The position numbers and the translations under genes were made by a program. This document shows positions 24,801-36,800 of a stretch of 64,000 nucleotides of DNA, piece by piece. Position 1 is the first letter of the stretch; each line of letters starts with the position of its first letter. The notes under the pieces are model-generated. The model ran no database searches and was not told the origin of the DNA. It saw only the letters and a list, made by a program, of their open reading frames with translations. The stretch is from Laetmonice hystrix (lineage: Eukaryota): contig OZ249437.1 of the NCBI GenBank assembly GCA_965235115.1, positions 29,636,001 to 29,700,000 of the forward strand, read 5' to 3'.

Positions 24801-27800
24801 TCTGTAATCCACAATCTGCGATGACGCATTTAAAAACTAGCTGGTCGGTAGTAATTTGAATCAGTATGCCAGTAGCGTTAAATATTTGAGACATAAGCTT
24901 GTTAATGAAGATCACAGCGAACCTCTTTTTGACAGACCAATCACGACCATCGTCACATCGTGATTTTGGTCGGGTTTGCTTGCAGGCCTAGCTACCTGCC
25001 TTAAGATAAGGTAACCAAGTAGAGACACGTCAAAATATAGGCTCGCGCGGATAGAAACATTCCAAATTCTATTGGATATATGAAGTTGCAGACATAAAGA
25101 CAAAACGGATATGAAGAATATTGTCGCGGGATTGGGATTGTTAGAATATTCTACCAGGTTGTTCTTTGTTCGGCGGTAGCTATTAACCTCATTGATGAAT
25201 TCCGTACAACCACGGCAACAGCAACCATATGGATTTCTCATAACTTTCATTTTAAATCAGGCAGCCACCACAAGCGATGTTGTCCATTGTCAGTGAGGTA
25301 TCTAGAAAAAATGACTTTTTTCACACTTTTTTCATCTTCATACTTATTTTTCATACCAATCTATGTCTGGTGGCAGCACTGAATATGTGAAAATGCACAA
25401 AATGTAACCCACCATACTTTGCTAAAGGTTAACTACCCTAGATACCCTGACCTGCACAAAGTTTCAAAAAATACCCGAGTCTAACCATACCCCAGCCCTG
25501 GTGCTGACACACTAATTTACATATTTGTCTCTCAAGACATACACACGTGACTGCAATTCAGAGAGGGCGCTGACCTCGCAATTTTGCTGTGTTATTTTTA
25601 ATAATAAATTAAATAATTTTCACCAAAACAAAACAGACACAAAATATGTTTCAAAATTAACTTTCAGAGTTTCCCTGACATCTTTAGTAGGTACACTAAG
25701 ACTTTTAAATTAGCAGGAACTTTGTTTATATCTCAGCAAAATGTTGCGGCTCTGCTATTATACACACCATTATATAGTAATTTGCGGTTTGTTTGCTGGC
25801 ATTTCAGGGGTCTTTACTTAGCTAAAGGCTAGGTACCCCTCTGGTCTTCACAAACTATGTACAATCACCTTTCACAATCGATTTCTGACACTTTCTGAAG
25901 GTCTGCATCGACTGGATGTACAATTATAGCGCGCCACCTGGCGAATAGGACATCTGGGGTTCGACTATTAAACTTGTGTTCGTATCGTTTTTATGTGTCA
26001 TGATACGTATCGTATCGTGGCACAAGTCTTTGAGCTAGATACACTCCGGTATGGCCCTGTGATTGATACCTTGTGTCGTGCGTTTAGAAAGGTCATTCTA
26101 GATTCACGTGTGTTTAATGCACAGTGTATGAAGTAAAGGTGATCTCGTTGTGCAGAAGTAATCAAATTCTCCCTTGAAAGAATAGTTATACTGAATGCAT
26201 GTGATGATAGTGATTTTACTCACAACGGTGAAGAGCATTGTCGTTTTGTGAACTGAAAATTAAATAATAAATTAAGATAAAGAGTGCAGTTGGTTTTTAA
26301 GCCGGAACTAAAATTAAATGTCAAAAAACAATTATGAACATTTACAATCTCACAAAAGCCAACAGTGTAACGTTGTTGGGATTCCACATAATGAACATTA
26401 ATATAAAAGCAATCCATAAATACAAATACATGTGTACATACTGAGAGAAGTACACCGGCCAAGTGAAGGAGTGTTTGATGCCTTTAAGTTATTTGAAGCA
26501 TAAAATACCTGGGCAACGATTCGTGTAGCAGTGTTTGTAAATACAAGACGGTTTTAAATGCGCTTTATTAAGGAGCACTTAAATGATAAGACCTGATTGT
26601 CATGTTGAAGTGGTTTTTACCCGTTCAGCCTGTCGATGTTCTAGTGGTTCGGTAACATGGCTACGATGCGTTGGTGGGACGATTTGTGGCTGAATGAGGG
26701 ATTCGCTAACACGCTAATGTACTTCGCCCTGGACAGCATCTATCCAGAGTGGAAAGTGGTAAGTAGAATTACCTGACATCACTATCCAGGCACGGATCCA
26801 GGATTTTATCAAAGGGACGCGGCACAAACGTTCTGACGTCGCCCTTACAAGGCCACATTAATGCCGCGGTTTTTTAATTACGAAAAAGCTATGCTCGGCC
26901 AACTGGAGGTGGGCACGTGCCCCCTGCGCCCTTAGATCCGTGTTTGATATCTTTATAACTATCAGGGTGAGTAGGCTAATTGACATCAATATCATGTTCA
27001 CTGGCATCAATAACATGATAACCATCATGGTACCGTAAGTAGCCTAACTGGCATCATTTACCAAGATGACTATCATACCAGTACCAAGGTGAAGCTATCG
27101 CTGTGATGTCATCTGAAGGTATACAAGAAGGTTTACGACTATTAAGAATGAGCACAGATCGTGTCAAAAGGAGAAGTCTAAACAATGAACCTGTCCAAGG
27201 GTGTAGCCAGGGGGGGTTCCGGGTTGCCCGGACCCCCCCCCCCCCCCAAAAAAAAATAGCTAAATGAATAACTAAATAGATCTAGATGAATTACTAATAT
27301 TATGGTTGGGACCCCCCCCCCCCCATATCTCAGTTCTGCCTATACACCCCTGCTCTCCAAGTGATAATCTCAGATGTATGCTAGTTATAGCAAGGCAGAT
27401 TTTTAAGAAAACCTCACCAGCAATTAATATAGATTCTCCGAGACGTCGTTGGAATATAAATCACCTGCACGGATTTTCGCTGCAGCTGCTGCTGTTATCG
27501 TGAATGAATGGACGTTTCAGAAAATGGCGCGGAAGTCTTGTCAAAATAATTCGCCTTGAAAAATGACGCGTCGCTGTGAGCGTTCGACGCCGCCACGGAA
27601 GTGATCGTTATCTCAAGTTGGACGTTCCGTCGTGCGTCTCTCGTTTCGGCCGCCATGACGCGCAGCACACAGTCGATTACTTGTCAATTAGAGTTTGTCT
27701 CCTGGGTCGGCGTCCTCGTCTTCCGGCCTGCCTGAATCTTGTCAAATAACGGGAGCATGATAATAAACAGTGATCACCAAGGTCGGGAACGACTGGTTGT

Positions 27801-30800
27801 CACCAATACCAACACCCCTCCACCTGACCCCTGTGTCATCAGTATGGGGAATATTATTGTGTAACCTGTAGTGTACAAGATGCAACACTTTGTTTGCTAT
27901 TTTCTGGAAGCCCAACCGTTAGGGACTTCCCACTTCATCCTTCATAATGGCAGTGAACACGCGCCATTGTCTACGGCTCATAGTGTGATGAAAGAGACTT
28001 AAATCCGACGCAATCTTATATTCCCTTATGGAGGATTTCTGATATAAGATAACTGGCAGTTGACCTCTGGGTGATTTGGGACTGTTAACTTCCGGGCAGT
28101 AAAACCGAGGTGAGGAGCAGGCCTGTAATGACCCACCATCTCCCACCAATGAGCTGGGCCTACAAACGACCGAGTGTCTTGTAAATGAACTATGGACGGA
28201 TCTGTCTTCTGTGTATCTGACCACTAATGGGCACGTGCGCCCACAATGTGCCCGGAGTTCGCCCACAATGTGCCCGGAGTGCGCCCAGAGACAATTTGCC
28301 CGGAGACCGCAGCTGGGGGCTGATGCGCCGATCAGTCGTATGGGTCGAAGAAAAGACTATACATTACCTGATGGGATGAGCCAGTATTGTGGAACATTTC
28401 GAATATACATTGGTAGTTTTCTAACAAAACTATTGTCCCTGACACAAGACTAGGTACAATTCAGCAAAATATGATTCTATTTTAACTTTAGTTGAGAGTT
28501 TGAACCCATGCGCAAGACCTCTTTTTCAAATTACGGTATCTATAGAAGCTGATACACGACTTGCTAGTGATGCAAGCAAATTGAAATGAATATTAAAATC
28601 GCGAAAGAAGACGTCATGAACTCTAAGAAATAAGCGTTTTCCAGGGGGGGGGGGGTTCTCCCTATGCCCACACGGCAAAAGGGGCTTGGATACGGGCGCC
28701 AAAATGGTACAATTAATTCAGTGAAACCTGTCTCATGGAAGGCCAGGAGGCGATACACAATCCAGAAAGAAATCCTCCGGGCTACTTTTATTTCAGTGAG
28801 ACAGACTAAGCGAGCGAAACTAATATTCCGTCCGAGTCAATAAGTCTGCCATGACACATATTGAGACCATTCCCTGGATGGCACTTTGAAGGCTCTAACA
28901 TGAGGAAGCAAGAGCCCCAAGCCGTCTACAGGGACCACATTGATCATGAAAGTTCGCGTTGACATGGGACTTCCGTTACCCATAACGCAATACGTCAACA
29001 GCGTTCGTCTTAAATACGTCATTGTCTTTCCGTGGTCAACAGATTACGCCACGTTAGTGCCGTACTGAAGTACCACATGATGGAGTCATTCTTCTCTTCC
29101 GAACAACATAAAGAACCCACAAACCAATCTTGTGACTTTCAGCAAGTAAAATGGCATTATTTATCTCGCGACCTTTCTTGGACTATTTTGCAGTAAAATA
29201 GGATTTCCGAGATTTAAATCTTTGCCAAGCTTATCTGTCATTTCATTAGGCTTTTCCGTCATTTCACCATAAATTCTACCCATTTCAGCCTACAATAGTG
29301 ATCATATCATGTTTCTTTTAAACTTTTTCTAAGGCAGCAGGGGTTGCCACTATCTAGAAGAATAGCCATTATCCCTTATATTCGTTTCAAACACTGCATC
29401 TATCACAATACAGTAGAAGACATTTAAGCAGCAGGTGCTCGGCATAGCAGTTAAAATGTATTTGTTCTATTATGTCAATTCCGTGCTTCTAGTCTACTTA
29501 GATGTATCTGTGCATCGCTAAATACCAGAAAGATAGCCCTATTATTAACCACGTCCAGTGTGTTGAGACTATATCAGAAAGATAATGGTATGAAATCGAC
29601 GTTTTAATCTCCCCTATATAAAACATATGCCGTTTTCTTACCCAACATCCAATGCCTTCAGAAAGCCTTTTATTCTTTACGAGTATTTTATAGGAATCTT
29701 GTTGTCGCTTGCGTTGCTGTCTAACCGTATATTTCAGCCAGCCATTCCAGCCAAGCGCAGACATGTCTTAAGCCTTTGTATTTAAGTTGTTGGCGTAGCG
29801 TGGTCTTGTAAAGAGAATAGATATATGTCCAGGACACAGGCTTCTAGAAGTACAACATTTAGGAAAACTAATCTATATCCTATTTACGTCTTACAAAATA
29901 CACTCTTTCTAATATCTACCCAAGGCTGCTTCAGGGGCCTGGCCCCCTGTCTAGCTTTCTTTGAGAGGGGGCGTTAGGATCTACCCTTGGTTACAAATCC
30001 TCGTTATACACCACTGATGGGAATTCCAAAGGAACCAATTGTGGTCCACCACCGGACTGTGCCGTAAACAATGTGTGTCTGACAATGTGATTGCAGTACG
30101 ATCTACAGTTGATGAACAACAATGTGTGTCTGACAATGTGATTGCAGTACGATCTACAGTTGATCAACAACAATGTGTGTCTGACAATGTGATTGCAGTA
30201 CGATCTACAGTTGATCAACAACAATGTGTGTCTGACAATGTGATTGCAGTACGATCTACTGTTGATCAACAACAATGTGTGTCTGACAATGTGATTGCAG
30301 TACGATCTACAGTTGATGAACAACAATGTGTGTCTGACAATATGATTGCAGTACGATCTACAGTTGATCAACAACAATGTGTGTCTGACAATGTGATTGC
30401 AGTACGATCTACAGTTAATGAACAACAATGTGTGTCTGACAATGTGATTGCAGTACGATCTACAGTTGATCAACAACAATGTGTGTCTGACAATTGCAGT
30501 ACGATCTACAGTTGGTCAACAACATCTACCCAGTGATGACCAAGGATTCCTTGCTCACGTCACACGCAATCTCTACCCCGATTGCTGACCCCGATGACAT
30601 TCCGCAGTTCTTTGATTCCATCTCGTACGACAAGGTAAGAGTTGCCATGAGACTTATTTACCCGCCAATTCTCGCACCTGAAAGTCCAGTTATAAATGTT
30701 TAAAAAAGAAAAATTCTAAGGTCACGGATCAGTGTATGAGAGTGGATGAGAGTTATATACCCCAAAATATCTCCTTTTTTTTCCTTTATACAAATAGTTG

Positions 30801-33800
30801 TAGCAGTGCTTCACCCCAGGCCTTTATTTATTTTCACAATTTGGATGTACGTCATATCATTTAGTATCATTTTACTTTAGTGTGCCTAGTGTACGTGCTT
30901 GCGAATAATCCATTATTCGGACTCGAGCCTCCTTGATCTATTCATTATCTTTGCAGGGGATGGCAGTTCTACGACTTTTACGGGGATTTCTAGGTTGGAA
31001 TGACTTCCGCAAGGGTCTACAGGTATTAAAGGACAACACTTTCGATGCAGAAAGCTTTAATATTTTATGTGATCCAGCTCCTATGTGTTATAATTTAAGA
31101 CCTTAAACCCGACATGAAACACACGAGGTATCACGATTATCCTTATGTTATCCGAGTGATTTTAATTAAAAGTTAATTAAAATTTGCAATTTCACAGTAG
31201 AAGGTTTGCTCGCTGTAATGGTAGTCAGAACGACATGAAAGTGTATTGAACCTTCTCGACGTGCTTTGTATAATTATTTCTTAGCTCACTACCATACACA
31301 TGACCGATGTTAATTTAAAATGCATCCCATCCCCTGTAAGCGGTCAATTACGTCATAGGCCTATGCTTCAAAGTAAAGGGATTTTTTAAAATTTCTTATT
31401 TAGATGTACATCAGTCGCTACAAATTTAAAAACGCCGAAATGCCGGAACTTTGGAAGACGTTTGCTGAGGTAAGCTATCAGTTTAATGTGTCGGTCCACC
31501 TTTAACGTCACGATACGTCATCGCTCCTCCCTGACCCGAGCCGTCATGCCGATTCTACGTCCAACGTCTCGGGCCATATTCCATCCTCAGGAGATAGACC
31601 TCTCCCAACATAACATAAATGCCAATTACTGTCAGGAAAGCGCGCCATCACACTGCAGCATTCCAGCTTTAATTGAATATCTCGGTAGTTTATGCTCATC
31701 GTGTCCTGATCAAATGTAGCGTTTTCATCAGCCACTTGACATTACTGTCGCACACCGATGAGATCTACGAGCAGTGGTAGGCGAGCCAAGGACCCTAGTT
31801 CTGATATTTCGGTTTCAATAAAACGACCGCGACAAATCCAAATTTATGACTGACACCCTATTTACTCATCTTTTTCAATTCACTGGTAAATCATTTCTCT
31901 ATCTATTTCATCTTCATTTTCATTCAGCATTACAGTCCTAAATTGTTTGTGGTGCTAAGTGAGTATAATATCTAGGTGTTTATTACTAAATGGCCAAGCT
32001 ACTTCATGTTCTAATGATCGTTTTTATTTCAGGCTGTCAACAATAAATATAATGTTGGCGAAATTATGGACACGTGGACACGACAAATGGGCTTTCCCGT
32101 TGTTACTGTCCGTCATATCCGGGGCGACGTCTACCGGCTTGAACAGACACGATTCCTGTTGAACCCGGACGACCGATTTAACCCCAGATCTAGTAAATAC
32201 GGGTAAGCAGCAACTTAAAATAGGGTGCATACTATAGGGACACTGAGGTAAGGACGGTATCCACCAAGCGGCCAAGTGTGGATCAATAGTATAGGAATAC
32301 TTAGAGGTTTACTGCAATGTGCAGTGGACAACCAAACCCATGCAGGTTTAGTGGATACGGCCCTTTATCATTTTAATTAAACTCAGCAGGACACCCCTTA
32401 AATCACATGGGGGTTTAAGATGGTTCTCGTTGGGTTTTTTTGTGGTTGGTAAAATGTTTTCCCGAATCGAGAGGAATTTTCCCGGTGTTGTCATGACGTA
32501 CACCATTTCGCTGCCGGATTGTGGACACCGTATACTTGGCGCCACGCGGCAGACGATCCTCTGGCCGTCCAAGGCGAGTTTCATGTCCCGCTACCAGACC
32601 GATTATCATATCAGTGTAGACGTCCATTGGCTGTACTGCTGGAGTGTCACTTAGCTCCCTCAAAACGTACTCGCATGAGGCCGGGTTCTGTTAGGCCGAT
32701 ACAGAAATTCAAATCCACCAATGTTTCAATAATCAATCGGGGGGTGCTGCCTTGGCAACACGACGATGTTACTACAGAGGCCGATTGGGAGCAAAAGTAA
32801 AACAACGAGGGCTCACAACTACAGCCATTATCCTACATTATGATGCACGGCTCTTTTTTCACCGCATTGTCATGGCCGTGGAATGACCATTCACGTAAAC
32901 CTATTCCGCGGCGCCGGCCACGCCACCAAAGCCACAATTTAGGCTCCCTGCAAACAATTCCATTACAAAGCATCCCCCCTTAACCACTGCATTCCGAGGC
33001 GTCGCTTCGGACGTGATTTAGCGCCAATACTCCTGGCTAAAAAATAAAAACGGCTGGCCAGAAGTGGCCGTCTCTCTAACCAGATGCATCCATCTCCGTC
33101 TTTGAAATGTGTTTGTAGTTGGCGTGGGTCCCCCATACATCAGGTGATCTACAAGCTGCTCAGGCAGGGTCACACTCCAAAATTAGGGCCCTGGGTGTAT
33201 TGCCTCAATTTATGTAGCCACAGGCGACCTTTGTGTGATTATTTCATAAAGGTCACACTGCTGGTGCGGCGGAGATGGTTGCCATGCTTTCAGTGATAGG
33301 CAGGTGTGGCATTGAGAATGTGGATTGCCTGAATTCAGGGACACTATAATTTACATGGTGGCCGCCCGATGGCGCTGTCTGACGTGCCGAGGTGCCATCA
33401 TTACACGTCTAGTGTTGGGCTGTCCGTGTAGTGTGATTCTAAACACACACCCCTGCTCCCCGTGTTCAGATTGTGGTTGGTTTCTATGACTGGTCGTTAT
33501 GAAGTGAGTCGCCGTCTGATGGGGTATTCTATTTTTAACGAAGTGATTTGTATCTTTTATTGTTTTTTTTGGATCGAATACTCTTGCAGGGTACTTATCA
33601 TTGTTGAGTGATTTTTTCTGTTTTTTCAATGTAAAATTATATTAGATACAGATCAAATTCGTAGATTATTACTGAATGAAGACTAAAATGTCAGCACAAG
33701 TGCTTTGCCGTATGTAATCCTATTTTCTGAGGGCGGGCAGGGGTGTATGCGGTCCTTCAAACAGTCTAAGTGGTGACGTTCATTAAAAGATAAAGTTTCA

Positions 33801-36800
33801 GTTCTAGCAGAAGTTTCTGCACGTCCCAATTATCGACTACAATCATATAGAGAGCCCCGAAGACTGAATTTGTTTTCTGTTTGCAGCTACCGGTGGCGAA
33901 TACCGTTCATATACAAGATAGAAGGGGACAGTGACAAGAGAACGAGCTGGATGAATATGAAATCAGGTAAGTTACGTGTGCAAAATATGCAAAATAGAGG
34001 GGCGAAATCAATCTGATATAACCAGGAACCGGTCTAAGAGTCAAGGGAAACGAGCGAGAGGGAAGAGGAAGCCCGTCGCCGTCAGGTGCGGGTCAGTCAG
34101 GCTAAGTAGTATCAGAAAATGGCAATAAAAATCAGGCTAAACATGTTTGTGGGGGATGTAACTATCGCCCGCTGGTCCTCACCCGATGTTTAACAATGTA
34201 ATACCAGGACCATTGCGATGCTAGTGCTGAGTCATTAATCAATTTTTAATAGGGGTAAATTTACTAAAGAAGACTTTTTATTTGACACATTATAATTGGA
34301 ATTCATCATGCGTACGTTGTCCACTCCGCCAAGAATCATGAATTGTTGTCAGAATGTCACATTAGATGGCCTCATAATAATCGTATCAGCGATGTCCTGT
34401 GTGGCTCAGAGATATTCATGGTCACCTCTAGTTGACAGAACTGCATGCGACCCGACCGGTCATTGTCAATTCTGAATAACAATGGCGCCCCTCACGGCAG
34501 CCGACCAATGAGAGCCCAGGTCTGTTGTCGCTGCGGGATTAGAACAACTACCGCGCGTTACTAAGAAACCATGCTATAGTGATTAATCAATGACATACGT
34601 CGCTGAAAAGCGCCCCCTATGTGCAGAGCAGGTAATTCGGGGTGGCTGTATGCGTCAGTGTAGCATGAATAACGACCATCGCAAGTAGGTGTAGGTCCGA
34701 AAGGGCACAACTCACTTAAGCGTCGCCATCCCGCTAGGTTTCTTCATATTATCATAAAAATGGTCTTCTAAAATTCATTACGGTATTAAAATCTTACCAA
34801 ATTCACGCGTATGTGTACTGTTTGTCATGTTTAAAATTGATGATGCGGTAAAGAAGAAATCAATTTTTTTGAAGTTCGTATTTTTATGTATGAGGATTGG
34901 AAATCGACTTAATATGTTTAACAGTCAGTTTAACGAGAATACTTTAACCTAAAACACTTAATTTCAAAAGAGGAGAGCAAGGGGAATGCTTGTGAATCCT
35001 TCCCAATCAATCTCTGGATATAGGTTGTATTTTACTAAGCTTCTCGGTATTTTCCTTAAGATTTCCATTACTGAGGTCCATGTAAGACCTGTCGTATCTC
35101 TGGGAGCGACCATGGTTCAATATCTGTTTATGAGAGAAGTCCAGATTACTATGCCAGACACAGGTTTCTCACCGACCTGTTTATCCCTTCCAGCTGAGGT
35201 ACGGATACCCCAAGGATCATGGCTGATTGGTAACGTGGATTACATGGGATTCTATCGCACCAACTATGATGAGACCATGTGGCAGCGCCTAATACAACAG
35301 CTCAAAAAGGATCATAAGGTGAGCCCATCACCCATCTCACCTACAGGTTAAGCTCTATGTGGTCTTGATTTAATCGGTGTCGTGTGGCCAGGCAAAAGGA
35401 AAACGCGTTGTTCCCACCTCGTGAAAAATAGGTTTCTCTTCCCTTTTGGGTCACACTGAGTGCCACTTTAATTGGTCGCCAAAGACGACCTGGCGTCGAC
35501 TTCAGGCAGACCCTAGACGTGGGGGCTGTCACGGAAGGAAACCTCAATGCTCTCGGAGGGGAATTCGTTCCTGTGTCACAGGCTCCACTGTGAATACTAA
35601 TGGAGCGAGTTGGGTGAGTGAAAGGCTACAGTTGTTCCTTTTACTACTGGTCTGGGATTGGTGACCAGTTCTTTTCGGGAGTGACGAATCGCGGAATGCC
35701 CACGCCGCATCTTGGAAAACCGCGGTTTTAAAACAGCACGGCTCCATCTAGCGGGCCCTCGCAGTAGATGAACATTGGCGTTGGCGTTCCCCGAAGAGCC
35801 CGTTTGTAGCACGCCTGTATAATTACCTAGCTGTTCCCAGTGATAAATCGGTCAGGCAATCATGATGGTAGTATATTATCTACCGTCCCCACCTACTCCT
35901 AAATTCCACATCATTGTCGCCTGGTAACTACTCTCCCGCTGGTGTGAATGGCACTTCTTTCAATACCGAAGAAAATGACCTTGGAGAGATGACCGGAGAG
36001 GTTAGATGTGAATAATACGTGTTCACCATCTGGTAGAACATCCCCAAGGTGGAATCGAGTGGATGGGATGTAGAATCATAGCCATGAAATGCAAAATTTT
36101 ACTAAATATTCTCATATATCCAGGAATACATCCTTAAGGTGAATATTACTTGTGTAAGAAAACGACAGTGGAATAATATGCTAGCTTACCACAACTATAA
36201 ACGAAGGGCTTCTACTCCTATAATAAAGGACGCTTCTGGGCGAACTAAAAGGTTTGATGTTCGTGTAGTGTTACAACGACTTCTTGCGACTTCAACGACG
36301 AACACCACCATGCCGACCCACTGCCCGACCCTCACCCCCACTACCTGCCCGACCCCCACCCTCGATCCACTGCCCGACCCCCACCCTCGATCCACTGCCC
36401 GACCCCCACCCCCGACCCACTGCCCACCCTCACCCTCACTACCTGCCCGACCCCCACCCTTGACCCGCTGTCCGACCCCCACCCTCGACCCACTGTCCGA
36501 CCCCCACCCTAGACTCACTGCCCGACCCCCACCCCAGACCCACTGCCCACCCTCACCCTCACTACCTGCCCGACCCCCACCCTTGACCCACTGTCCGACC
36601 CCCATCCCCGACCCCCACCCTAGACCCACTGCCCGACCCCCACCCCCACCCACCCACTGCCCGACCCCCACCCCAGACCCCCACCCTAGACCCCGACCAC
36701 GACTACTGGCGTCGTGCCATTATTTGCTGGCAGTGTCCTCATCATCTGGCCAGATGACATATTTATTGTGTGTCATGTCTACACCACTAAATATTCACAG

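Noticed and set aside
30039-30536. 17-aa repeat ORFs on both strands ([16 protein letters not shown] etc.) as proteins
   Set aside because: These are by-products of a 51-bp unit and are not in the frame delivered by splicing from exon 5.
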